From positions 14,986-78,985 of the forward strand of contig JBDRJD010000014.1 in assembly GCA_043815245.1 (NCBI GenBank): a DNA stretch of 64,000 nucleotides. Reading direction: 5' to 3'. This stretch comes from an archaeon. GTDB lineage: Archaea > Nanobdellota > Nanobdellia > Pacearchaeales > GW2011-AR1. The translations under genes were made by a program, and so were the position numbers. Below are positions 1-8,143 of the stretch, piece by piece (the stretch's first letter is position 1; every line of letters begins with the position of its first letter). The notes under the pieces were generated by a model that was not told where the DNA came from, did not search any database, and worked only from the letters and a program-made list of their open reading frames with translations.

Positions 1-56
1 ATTTTCTAGTGGCCCCAGTACCACTAGCTTGTCTTGAGAAACATTTATTCTTAATC

Positions 57-659
57 CTACGTACTCTGCCATTTTACATCCTCTGCATTAACAATCTTAC
101 TACTATCTAGATGAATTGCAGGGCAAGCCGTATTAATCCAGGATTCAATACTTGAAAAGTCATCCAGATTGTGTCCAGAAATCATGTTGCTAATAAATAA
201 ATAGGACTTTTTGCCTTTTATTTTTGATTTAATAGAAACAGCTTGCTTTAGATTGTACTGTCCAAGTTTAGTTGAAATAAGGACCCCTACTGAATCTGCA
301 TTTAGATACCTTAAGTAAGCTCCTTTTTTCTTTTGTTTAGCTTTTTCAACTTCTTCTGAGCCTACTTTCACTACTTTTGAGCCTTCGAGAGTATAGATAT
401 CTTGGGTTGAGGAAATTGCAAGTTGGATGGCATGAAATCTTCCAGAGCCTATTAGTAGGATTGGAAGGTGGGTCTTTAATTTTGAGCACCCAAGAACTTG
501 ATGAGAACCAGCTACCACCCCTCCTAATTTTTTCTTAATATGGCGCGCTAAATCCTTATACTGAATTGAATATGCGAGATAAACTTTTGTTGGAAGCTGA
601 GAGAAATCTATATCTATCTCAGAGGTTTTCCTTTTGGAGTCAACAAACATTATTTTCAT
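57..659 (-). CDS. Dph2-like (diphthamide synthase family) protein, unusually short at 200 aa
   Basis: Motif LLIGSGRFHAIQLA resembles the GxGRFH signature I recall from Dph1/Dph2. There is no room for an N-terminal domain because SepF ends at 692. Confidence 0.35.
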   Translation of the reverse strand: MKIMFVDSKRKTSEIDIDFSQLPTKVYLAYSIQYKDLARHIKKKLGGVVAGSHQVLGCSKLKTHLPILLIGSGRFHAIQLAISSTQDIYTLEGSKVVKVGSEEVEKAKQKKKGAYLRYLNADSVGVLISTKLGQYNLKQAVSIKSKIKGKKSYLFISNMISGHNLDDFSSIESWINTACPAIHLDSSKIVNAEDVKWQST

Positions 660-691
660 GTAAAGGAGAAACAGGAGGATAATTTAAAGCT

Positions 692-1069
692 TTAGATTTT
701 TTCCATTCTTGGAGGAGCAGAAGATTTCCAAATCTCTGCAAATTGAGGGGTTACTAAAAGAGTGTTCTCACCAAAACCTGCCAGGGATCCTTCTAAAGCG
801 TCGGCTGTTTTCTTAATTTTTGTAACTGCCCTTTTTAATTCGATTATGTCTTTTGTCTTTAAAGGTTTAATATCAATTACTGCAATAGTGTAACCTTCTC
901 TTAAAGCCTCAAGAATATGATTAACATCTTCAAATTTCTTAAGAACAAATGGTCTCACCACAACTTTAGCTTTTCTAGCTTCTGCACCTAAATCGATCTC
1001 AATATATTCAGGGTCTTCTTCACCTTTACCAAACCTAGAAAAACTTTCTCTTAGTCTTTTAATCACCAT
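692..1069 (-). CDS. sepF: Archaeal SepF-like cell division protein (DUF552)
   Basis: 125 aa with an N-terminal charged linker and a C-terminal VVVRPF...IAVIDI...TLLVTP core typical of SepF. FtsZ lies nearby. Confidence 0.5.
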   Translation of the reverse strand: MVIKRLRESFSRFGKGEEDPEYIEIDLGAEARKAKVVVRPFVLKKFEDVNHILEALREGYTIAVIDIKPLKTKDIIELKRAVTKIKKTADALEGSLAGFGENTLLVTPQFAEIWKSSAPPRMEKI

Positions 1070-1129
1070 ACTAAAATGAATACTGGCTGAGTTTATAAAG
1101 ATTTCGTTAAACTAATATGTATTTTACCT

Positions 1130-1462
1130 TTACCTGATTTTTTTTGTGAGGTTTGTCCTTAAATTAGTTAACCTTTTGTTAATAGACTCTTCCTGTTTCT
1201 CTATTGACGAAAGTCTTAGGGAAAGAATTTTCTTACGTTCTTCAAGATCTTTTTTTACGGACTCCTTATCAGTTTTAACCATCACCTGGCCGGTAATCTT
1301 GTACACTTCGTCCTCTTTTGACTTTTTTAGCTCGTATAATGCAGAATCGGTTTCGTTTAATTCCATCTGAAAAGCCTGTTTTTGCATCATAAATGCTTGG
1401 AGATTTTGCTCCAGAAGTTGTAATTCTTGCATTTCCTCAGCCATTTCTCGCTCTGCCATCAT
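1130..1462 (-). CDS. pfdB: Prefoldin beta subunit
   Basis: 110 aa with two coiled-coil arms flanking a central beta-hairpin region (KITGQVMVKTDKESV). The size and pattern are typical of PfdB. Confidence 0.7.
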   Translation of the reverse strand: MMAEREMAEEMQELQLLEQNLQAFMMQKQAFQMELNETDSALYELKKSKEDEVYKITGQVMVKTDKESVKKDLEERKKILSLRLSSIEKQEESINKRLTNLRTNLTKKIR

Positions 1463-1596
1463 ATGGCCTTGACCTTTGCAATATGCTTCCTAGGCTTATA
1501 GAAAATCTTACTACCACAAGTAGGGCAGGTGAACCTTTTTTCCAGCGCCTTATGAGACGCTTGTTTTCCGCATTGGAAGCATTTGTATACAGCCAT
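1459..1596 (-). CDS. rpoP: DNA-directed RNA polymerase subunit P (Rpo12/RpoP)
   Basis: A 45-aa ORF below the ORF-track cutoff, found by hand: MAVYKCFQCGKQASHKALEKRFTCPTCGSKIFYKPRKHIAKVKAI. It has a CxxC...CxxC zinc ribbon and the C-terminal VKAI. Its stop overlaps the prefoldin start (ATGA). Confidence 0.65.
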   Translation of the reverse strand: MAVYKCFQCGKQASHKALEKRFTCPTCGSKIFYKPRKHIAKVKAI

Positions 1597-1625
1597 TTTA
1601 TTAAATATTTCTTTAGTTTATAAAT

Positions 1626-1844
1626 TTAATCAATATAATAAGTGTTATGGGCGAACTTTTTTCCGCACTTTTTACATTCCCAAATACCTTTTGACGTGCG
1701 TTTTACAGGTTTTCTTTTACAGAAAGGACATTCTTGTTTTTTTCTTTGTTTAGATTCTACTTCAATAAGCTTCTTTCTTACTCGCTTTCCATAGCCTACT
1801 CTAAATCTTCCTGAATGTTTAACTTTCTTAGTTTTTGTTCCCAT
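1626..1844 (-). CDS. rpl37ae: Ribosomal protein L37Ae (eL43)
   Basis: MGTKTKKVKHSGRFRVGYG...CPFCKRKPVKRTSKGIWECKKCGKKFA carries the C4 zinc ribbon. The ORF-track start at 1895 runs into the tRNA, so the start was moved to the internal Met. Confidence 0.85.
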   Translation of the reverse strand: MGTKTKKVKHSGRFRVGYGKRVRKKLIEVESKQRKKQECPFCKRKPVKRTSKGIWECKKCGKKFAHNTYYID

Positions 1845-1855
1845 TTTCCTTAAAG

Positions 1856-1928
1856 TGGGGCTACCAGGATTTGAACCTGGGTCGCAAGGTCCCAAACCTC
1901 GAAGGCTACCAGACTACCCCATAGCCCC
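1856..1928 (-). tRNA. tRNA-Pro (anticodon UGG by my manual fold)
   Basis: Reverse complement is GGGGCTATGGGGTAGTCTGGTAGCCTTCGAGGTTTGGGACCTTGCGACCCAGGTTCAAATCCTGGTAGCCCC. It has a 7-bp acceptor stem, a CCAGG/CCTGG T-stem with a TTCAAAT loop, and an anticodon stem CGAGG/CCTTG around loop TTTGGGA. CCA is not encoded. Confidence 0.75.
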
Positions 1929-1952
1929 TTAAAGTAATTGTGTCGGAGAAGG

Positions 1953-1963
1953 TTTATAAATTT
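1953..1963 (-). promoter_or_regulatory. Archaeal TATA-box-like element (TTTATAAAtt) about 25-35 nt upstream of the tRNA-Pro 5' end
   Basis: The sequence ggTTTATAAAttt sits between the L11 stop and the tRNA. Position and composition fit an archaeal TATA box. Confidence 0.35.
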
Positions 1964-2618
1964 ACTTCTTGGGCTCTTCTTTTTTCTCTACTGTCTTTGG
2001 GGCGCCGGCAGCAGATTCTGCCTTCTTCTCCTCTTCAGCTTTCTTTTCCTCTTCTTCCTTCTTTAGAATGACATCTTGCTTTGATTTGACATCTTCAAAG
2101 AAATCATTCAATTGTTTTTTCTTTTCCTCAGATAATTCCGTTTTTTGTCCGTTAATTTCAGCATCATACTTCCCTTCATCTATTTCCTTTTCAACTTCTA
2201 GAGGATCTCTGCTTTCAACTAGTACTCCTAAGGATATACAGCTCCCCACAACAGATTTCACTGCGGCTTTAAAGCTACTGACAAGCATATTGGGCTGTTT
2301 TACTTTTGCAACAGAGATAATCTGTTCAATTGCAAGATTACCTATTTTTTGCTTTTTTCTTGCACCACTGCCTTTTTCGACCCCTAACTCTTTTTTAAGA
2401 AGCTCTGCCACAGGAGGGGAGTATACTTTGACACTAAATTGTTTATTAGAAGGGTTTACCTCTAAATCCACAGGAACCTTCATTCCCTTGAATCCTTTAG
2501 TTGTTTCGTTTACTTTTTGCATTACCTGCTGGATATTAATCCCCAGAGGTCCAAGTTTTTGACCCACTGCTGGGCCTGGTTTCATATCTCCTCCATCCAC
2601 TAGTAGTTTGATTATCAT
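1962..2618 (-). CDS. rpl11: Ribosomal protein L11 (uL11) with a lysine/glutamate-rich C-terminal tail
   Basis: An L11-like N-terminal MKPGPAVGQKLGPLGIN motif lies immediately downstream of spt5, in the conserved order. The C-terminus carries a KKEEEEKKAEEEKK extension. Confidence 0.85.
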   Translation of the reverse strand: MIIKLLVDGGDMKPGPAVGQKLGPLGINIQQVMQKVNETTKGFKGMKVPVDLEVNPSNKQFSVKVYSPPVAELLKKELGVEKGSGARKKQKIGNLAIEQIISVAKVKQPNMLVSSFKAAVKSVVGSCISLGVLVESRDPLEVEKEIDEGKYDAEINGQKTELSEEKKKQLNDFFEDVKSKQDVILKKEEEEKKAEEEKKAESAAGAPKTVEKKEEPKK

Positions 2619-2620
2619 TT

Positions 2621-3088
2621 CTAGTCCTCCACCTCTTCGTCTTCTTCTTTATCTTCTCTCCTTATGACCTTGATATTATCTAATTTGACTGTTACAGGTA
2701 TAGGTATTGCAGCCCCCAGTAGAGTCACTGTAGCTTCTTCTTTTTGTTTATCTACCCTTACCACTCTTGCTTTTTCTTTTTTAAATGGTTCAGAAATCAT
2801 CTCCACAATATCATTTTTCTCTATATTAATTTGCTCCACAGTAGGTTCTATCATATTTTTTATTTCAGAATATTCCACTGTTTTTCCCACTATACCTTTC
2901 ACATAAGGTAAGTTGAAAGCAGCTTCTTCTGCGACTTCTCTTTCAGGGGCCTCTAGAAAAACATATCCTCTTAATCCGTGAGGACGAGCAATTGAGTATA
3001 CTGGAAGTGCTTTCTTGTTTACTTTTTCAATTATCATTTCCATTGCTCTTTCTTCTTTGTTTGTTGTTACCTTGATTACATAAATCAT
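2621..3088 (-). CDS. spt5: Transcription elongation factor Spt5 (archaeal NusG)
   Basis: 155 aa with an NGN domain (MIYVIKVTTNKEE) and a KOW region. It sits in the conserved secE-spt5-L11 arrangement. Confidence 0.8.
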   Translation of the reverse strand: MIYVIKVTTNKEERAMEMIIEKVNKKALPVYSIARPHGLRGYVFLEAPEREVAEEAAFNLPYVKGIVGKTVEYSEIKNMIEPTVEQINIEKNDIVEMISEPFKKEKARVVRVDKQKEEATVTLLGAAIPIPVTVKLDNIKVIRREDKEEDEEVED

Positions 3089-3176
3089 TTTAACTTTCTA
3101 ACGAATTATCGCCCAACTAACTCCTAATTATTAGAATTAGTTGAAAATAATAAAATCAAGGGGTATTTAAATTTTC

Positions 3177-3344
3177 CTATTCAAAGACACTCATAATTAT
3201 CGCTATAAAAAATCCTAGAAGTCCGATTGCAAGAATGCCAATAGCTGAAACCTTTAAAATTGTAGTGAACTCTTTTTTGTCTGGCTTTCTAAGTACGTGC
3301 CATACTCTTTTACACTTTAATAAAAATGAGGTTAAAGCTTTCAT
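3177..3344 (-). CDS. secE: Protein translocase subunit SecE / Sec61-gamma
   Basis: A 55-aa ORF below the cutoff, found by hand: MKALTSFLLKCKRVWHVLRKPDKKEFTTILKVSAIGILAIGLLGFFIAIIMSVFE. It has one C-terminal TM helix and sits just upstream of spt5. Confidence 0.65.
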   Translation of the reverse strand: MKALTSFLLKCKRVWHVLRKPDKKEFTTILKVSAIGILAIGLLGFFIAIIMSVFE

Positions 3345-3374
3345 TATAGGAGTAAAGAATTTTAGTTTTTAAAT

Positions 3375-4490
3375 TTATTCTTCTAGAAATTCTATCCCTA
3401 GTTCTTCAGAAATGTCCTTTCTATGTTTTTCTTCTTTAGTCTCGCCCTTACCCAGTATTTGACTTGATTTCACACCAGTTACTATCAGCATTACACGGAT
3501 GGCCTTGTCCATATCCTCGGAAATTTGGGCGCCCCAAATCATCTTTGCATCCTCTCCAAGTTTTTGACCCACGTACTCAATAATACTTTTAGATTCGTCT
3601 AAGCTTAGGTCGGGGCCTCCGATTATGTTTACTAAGGCTCCTGAAGCGTTGCTAACATCTACGTCGAGCAGTGGATTTTGAAGAGCTTTTTCGACGGCCT
3701 CTATTGCCCTATTCTGAGAATCGGCTTCTCCCATCCCAATTAAGGAAACCCCTCCATCAACCATCACAGCCCTTATATCCGCAAAGTCAAGATTAACAAG
3801 CCCGGCCTTAGTTACTAGTTCAGTAGTTCCTTTTACAGCATTGGTAAGGATTTCATCTGCAACTTTGAATGCAGTGTGTAGCGGGAGTTCAGGGGCTAAT
3901 TCAAGAAGTTTATCATTTGGAATTACAATTAAGGTATCTACAGTTGCTTCCATTCTTTCTAAGCCATACACAGAGTTTTCAATTCTTTTACGGCCTTCGA
4001 TAGAGAAGGGCAGTGTGACAATCCCGATAGTTAAGGCACCTTGCTTTTTTGCAAGCTCTGCAGCTACTGGGGCTGCTCCTGTTCCTGTACCTCCTCCAAG
4101 CCCACAAGTAATAAAAATCATATCGCTTCCTGCTAGTCTTTTTTTAATTTCATGTTCTGATTCGCGGGCTGCTTCCTCCCCAACTTTAGGATTACTTCCT
4201 GCACCGAGACCTCTTGTGAGCTCTCTGCCAATAAGGATCTTATAGTCTGCAGAAGTGTATAGAAGATCTTGAGCATCTGTATTTATAGCAAGGAGTTCCG
4301 CCCCTTTAATACCAATTTCCTTCATTCTAGAAAGAGTATTTCCTCCGCCACCACCAACACCAACTACTTTCACCTTTGCTGTTTGCTTTTTTAAGAGCTC
4401 TTCTAACTCACGATCAATTTCAATAAGTTCGGGGTTTACATCGTCATTTATTGTAGGGGTTAGATCCTCTCTTTTAGTGAATTCTGCCAT
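3375..4490 (-). CDS. ftsZ: Cell division GTPase FtsZ
   Basis: Carries the tubulin signature GGGTGTG-like loop (VVGVGGGGGNTLSRM, ITCGLGGGTGTGAAPV) in a 371-aa protein. Confidence 0.95.
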   Translation of the reverse strand: MAEFTKREDLTPTINDDVNPELIEIDRELEELLKKQTAKVKVVGVGGGGGNTLSRMKEIGIKGAELLAINTDAQDLLYTSADYKILIGRELTRGLGAGSNPKVGEEAARESEHEIKKRLAGSDMIFITCGLGGGTGTGAAPVAAELAKKQGALTIGIVTLPFSIEGRKRIENSVYGLERMEATVDTLIVIPNDKLLELAPELPLHTAFKVADEILTNAVKGTTELVTKAGLVNLDFADIRAVMVDGGVSLIGMGEADSQNRAIEAVEKALQNPLLDVDVSNASGALVNIIGGPDLSLDESKSIIEYVGQKLGEDAKMIWGAQISEDMDKAIRVMLIVTGVKSSQILGKGETKEEKHRKDISEELGIEFLEE

Positions 4491-4572
4491 TTTAAACTAA
4501 ACTTTGACAAGTATTTAAGGATTATTGTGAAGTATAACAATTATTATAAACTGAAATGAATCTAGCTATTGA
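4491..4572. promoter_or_regulatory. Divergent intergenic promoter region (ftsZ leftwards, HAD gene rightwards) with A/T-rich TATA-like elements
   Basis: An 82-nt AT-rich spacer contains attattataaa at about -30 of the + gene and cttaaatac at about -25 of ftsZ. Confidence 0.25.
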
Positions 4573-5238
4573 ATGCCTGAAGTGGATTTAGCAGTATTTG
4601 ATTGGAACGGATGTATGCTCGCCGATACCCAACCTTGTTATGAGGCAGATTGTCATGCTATTCTAGAGTTTGGTGGCACGCCTCCAGATATGAATGAGTA
4701 TCGGAAAACAGTGATTATACCTGCAAATGACTTTTATGTGCTTTATGGATGCAATAGGGAGGAGCTTGAAGCAAATAAAGAGAGGCTTGGAAAGGTGTTT
4801 CACGATTTTTATGAACCAAGGGCTGGAAAGTGCAGGACAAGGAAAGGGTTAAGGGAAACGCTAGAGCACTTAAGAAATAATAAGATTGATTCAATTATAC
4901 TAAGTAATCATACTATTCCTGGGATTAATACCCAGCTAGAACGACTAAATCTTCAAGGTTATATTTCTGAAGTTTTGGCAAATGACTTATTGTATGGGAG
5001 TATGGAGGGGAGGAGTAAGTTAGGAAGGTTAAAACAGTTTTATGAAAGAAACAAGGGAATATATTCTCCAGATAGGTCGGTGATTATTGGTGATTCGCCA
5101 GAAGAAATAGAAATTGGGAAGGAGTTAGGAATGTTAACAGTAGCAATTGAGGGTGGCTATTATGATGAAAAAAGACTGGTTGCTGCAGAGCCGCACCACC
5201 AAATCAGAAGAATTAGCTGCTTGATCAATCTTGTTTAG
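4573..5238 (+). CDS. HAD-like hydrolase family protein (non-canonical motif I)
   Basis: Has an N-terminal VFDWNG pocket and a C-terminal IIGDSPEEIE that resembles HAD motif IV. The region is visibly more GC-rich than its neighbours. Confidence 0.35.
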   Translation: MPEVDLAVFDWNGCMLADTQPCYEADCHAILEFGGTPPDMNEYRKTVIIPANDFYVLYGCNREELEANKERLGKVFHDFYEPRAGKCRTRKGLRETLEHLRNNKIDSIILSNHTIPGINTQLERLNLQGYISEVLANDLLYGSMEGRSKLGRLKQFYERNKGIYSPDRSVIIGDSPEEIEIGKELGMLTVAIEGGYYDEKRLVAAEPHHQIRRISCLINLV

Positions 5239-5896
5239 GTTCTTTTTTCTTCTCAGGAGATTTTATTAGAACTTCTAGAGTAAGATCAAGTATTTCTTTG
5301 AATTTCTCTTTGAACATTGAAGCAAAGGCAACAATATTTTTATCACCTTCAATTACAAGTTTTTTATTTTCAATTTTGAAGGGGACATCTTGCCTAAACA
5401 AAAATTTTATAATCGCGCCCGCTTTCTCTTCCAGGGCCTCAATTTTTCTTTTAACTTTTAGATCGTAGATTACTTCCTTTCCAGCAAGAGGATTGTTAAA
5501 GTCAACTATTACTCTGCCTCCTGAAACAGTTGAGACTTTTCCCATCATTCCATCAAAATTGAAGATCATACCGGATTGAGGTCGAATATCCTGGCCCTTA
5601 AATACAGAAAGGGGCATTGTTTTTAGTAGTTCCCTTTTTCTTTGGCCAAATGCTTCTTCAGAAGATAGTTCAAGAGAGTATTCCTTGCCCTCTTCTTTGC
5701 CAATCAAGAATTTATCTATAGATGGGAGGATCATATTTTGGCCTAAACAGATTATTAAGGGCCTAGACTCAAAGTCAATTTCTAATTTAGTGGCTTCTTC
5801 TTTTATATTAGTATCAAATATTTCTCCTTCCTTGACTCTTCCTGTAAACTCAAGTTCTATAAAATCCTTTTCATTTAACATAAAAAATTCATTCAA
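5225..5896 (-). CDS. FKBP-type peptidyl-prolyl cis-trans isomerase (long archaeal/SlyD-like form)
   Basis: Has VDFNNPLAGKEVIYDLKV, which resembles the conserved FKBP motif DFNHPLAGK, with IF-domain-like insert. Confidence 0.7.
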   Translation of the reverse strand: MNEFFMLNEKDFIELEFTGRVKEGEIFDTNIKEEATKLEIDFESRPLIICLGQNMILPSIDKFLIGKEEGKEYSLELSSEEAFGQRKRELLKTMPLSVFKGQDIRPQSGMIFNFDGMMGKVSTVSGGRVIVDFNNPLAGKEVIYDLKVKRKIEALEEKAGAIIKFLFRQDVPFKIENKKLVIEGDKNIVAFASMFKEKFKEILDLTLEVLIKSPEKKKEPKQD

Positions 5897-5931
5897 GAAA
5901 GCTTTATAAATGTATTTCTTCTCTTCAATTT

Positions 5932-6321
5932 ATGGCTTTTAAACTTATTGATGCTACAGATGTTAGAAGTGGGACTGCAATCCTAGTGGATGGAGAGCCT
6001 TGTCTTGTAAGATCTATGGATAAGAGTAAGACTGGTAAGCATGGGGCGAGTAAGTGTAGGATTGAAGCTATAAGTATAATGAGTGGCAATAAGAAAATTG
6101 TTGCGGTTCCTGGATCAACGCGATTTGAAGTGCCAATGATAGAAAAAAACCGTGCGCAAATACTTTCTATTACAGAAGGCAATGCTAATGTTATGGATAG
6201 TGATAGTTTTGAGAATTTTGAAGTGGTAATTCCAGAAGAATTTAAAGAGGACATAAAAGAGGGAGATCAAGTTGAATATTGGAAGGTGAATGGTAAAAAA
6301 ATAATTAAGAGGAAGATGTAA
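5932..6321 (+). CDS. eif5a: Translation initiation factor 5A (aIF-5A)
   Basis: Has the hypusine-loop motif SKTGKHGASK, which corresponds to STGKHGHAK, in a 129-aa protein. Confidence 0.85.
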   Translation: MAFKLIDATDVRSGTAILVDGEPCLVRSMDKSKTGKHGASKCRIEAISIMSGNKKIVAVPGSTRFEVPMIEKNRAQILSITEGNANVMDSDSFENFEVVIPEEFKEDIKEGDQVEYWKVNGKKIIKRKM

Positions 6322-6485
6322 TGGCGAGAATACCTGCTGCACAGTCAAGATTATTTAAGAATGTTTTTGTGTGTAAAAGATGCGGAACTAAACAAAGATC
6401 TGAGCCTAGAAAAATAATCACAAAAAAAGTGGCGTGTAGAAAGTGTGGTAGGAAAAACTTTAGACCTCTTAAGAGTAAGAAGTAA
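6321..6485 (+). CDS. rpl40e: Ribosomal protein L40e-like zinc-ribbon protein
   Basis: Hand-found 54-aa ORF MARIPAAQSRLFKNVFVCKRCGTKQRSEPRKIITKKVACRKCGRKNFRPLKSKK. It shows the L40e pattern (MA.FP.A..RLF, C..C...C..CG). Its start overlaps the aIF5A stop. Confidence 0.6.
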   Translation: MARIPAAQSRLFKNVFVCKRCGTKQRSEPRKIITKKVACRKCGRKNFRPLKSKK

Positions 6486-6499
6486 TTTCAAAATTTAAA

Positions 6500-7885
6500 A
6501 TGAGTATAGTGTTTTATGACCTGAGTTTTCTTGTAATTTTTACTTTAGCTGTGGTTCTCTTTCTTTATAAAAGAAGGAGCAAGCTCGAGAGAGAAGGGAT
6601 ATTATATCTTTATAGGACCCAGATAGGAATAAAGTTTATTAATTATGTTGGGGGAAGATTTGAAAAGTTTTGGAGCAAGCTTGGGTATGTGGTGATATTC
6701 TCAGGATATGTTATGATGATTACGATGGTCTATTTGTTAATACAAATTCTCTACATTTACATTAAGCAACCATTGTTTGTGCAGGCGATAAAGATTCCCC
6801 CAATTGCCCCCTTAATTCCTTATCTTCCAAGTCTTTTTAAGGCCGATTTTCTACCGATGTTTTATTTTACATATTGGATAATAAGTATAGCAATAATTGC
6901 AACTGTGCATGAGTTTTCACATGGAATCTTCGCGAGGCATGCAAGATTAAAAATCAAGTCAACAGGATTTGGATTTCTTGGGCCACTGTTAGCAGCATTT
7001 GTGGAGCCTGATGAGAAAAAAATGCAAAAGATCGACAAAAAAAATCAACTTGCGATATTGTGTGCAGGAAGTTTTGCAAATTTGATCACAGCAATTTTAT
7101 TTTTCTTTATTATGTGGTTGTTTTTTATTGGAACATTTATACCTTCAGGAGTTATAGTTGGGGGGTATTCATCTACGCAAGTTAGCACGGCAGATATAAG
7201 CAGTATGGGTGGGGGGATTGGGATTAGTATTGACGGATTCAACCTTACTCAGATTGAGGTTGGTGAAAATATTTATTTCACAAACTTAGAAAAAGTAAAT
7301 TTAAGCTCAGAAAAAATTAATGTGTTTATAGATTCTCCGGCGTTGAGGGCAGAATTGATGGGAATCATCACCGAATTCGATGGGGAGGAGGTAAAAGACA
7401 GTTTTGATTTGAGTGAAAAGCTTTACAAACGAAATGTTGGGGACAAGATTGTAGTCAAGACCTTGCTTAATGACTCGAGGGAAGAGTATGAGATAACTTT
7501 AGGAAAAAATCCAATAAATCAAAGTCTACCTTTTCTAGGAATAGTTTTGGGAACTCAAGCGAGTCGTGGAGTTTTAGGCGGACTTAGAGAGACTATTTCG
7601 TTTTTTAAAGTTCCGGGGACTAATTACTTATCAAAGATAAACTGGGACCTTGGTGTATTCATATATAATTTGTTTTGGTGGATAATTTTGATAAATATCT
7701 CGGTCGCATTAGTAAACATGCTGCCTGTTGGAATCTTCGACGGAGGTAGAGTATTTTATGTTACAATGCTAACGGTTTTAAAATCAGAGAGGTGGGCTAA
7801 AAAAGCTTACTTAGCGGCAACTTATATAATAATACTCGTCTTTGTTTTATTAACAGTAATTTGGGGAGTTAATTATTTTAAGTAG
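6500..7885 (+). CDS. Site-2 protease family (M50) membrane metalloprotease with PDZ-like insert
   Basis: A multi-TM protein with an HEFSHGIF (HExxH) motif in a TM helix and a later LPVGIFDGG segment. Confidence 0.6.
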   Translation: MSIVFYDLSFLVIFTLAVVLFLYKRRSKLEREGILYLYRTQIGIKFINYVGGRFEKFWSKLGYVVIFSGYVMMITMVYLLIQILYIYIKQPLFVQAIKIPPIAPLIPYLPSLFKADFLPMFYFTYWIISIAIIATVHEFSHGIFARHARLKIKSTGFGFLGPLLAAFVEPDEKKMQKIDKKNQLAILCAGSFANLITAILFFFIMWLFFIGTFIPSGVIVGGYSSTQVSTADISSMGGGIGISIDGFNLTQIEVGENIYFTNLEKVNLSSEKINVFIDSPALRAELMGIITEFDGEEVKDSFDLSEKLYKRNVGDKIVVKTLLNDSREEYEITLGKNPINQSLPFLGIVLGTQASRGVLGGLRETISFFKVPGTNYLSKINWDLGVFIYNLFWWIILINISVALVNMLPVGIFDGGRVFYVTMLTVLKSERWAKKAYLAATYIIILVFVLLTVIWGVNYFK

Positions 7886-8143
7886 GTTTAAACGAAAGTT
7901 TTTTCTTAATCAAGCAAAAATGATTTGGGGCGAAAGGTATTTAAATAAAAAAATCTTGGTTTTAATAATAAAATTTAATTAAAAAAGAGGTTAAAATGGC
8001 AAAGAAAAAGAAAGCTGCAAAGAAAACAAAGAAGAAAGCTGCAAAGAAAAAGAAGAAGAGATAAGTAAGTTTTATTTTTTTTATTTTTTTATATATTCTA
8101 ATAATTTTTTCTATAGCTTTTAAAGGAAAGGTTTAAATTTTTA

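Noticed and set aside
1845-1895. N-terminal 17-aa extension (MGPCDPGSNPGSPTLRK) of the ORF-track L37Ae call
   Set aside because: It lies on top of a well-formed tRNA gene on the same strand, so I set the real start at the internal Met (1844).
1969-2562. A 197-aa antisense ORF opposite L11. There are similar antisense ORFs elsewhere: 1146-1370, 3841-4245, 22324-22722, 30152-30523, 33734-34039 and 59000-59569.
   Set aside because: These are shadow ORFs in low-complexity S/F-rich frames opposite strongly recognisable genes. They show no independent signal.
7886-8143. An AT-rich 258-nt intergenic region, considered as an ncRNA or replication-origin element
   Set aside because: It has no ORB-like inverted repeats, no adjacent cdc6/orc1, and no structured-RNA hallmarks. 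Only a K-rich micro-ORF repeat is noted there.
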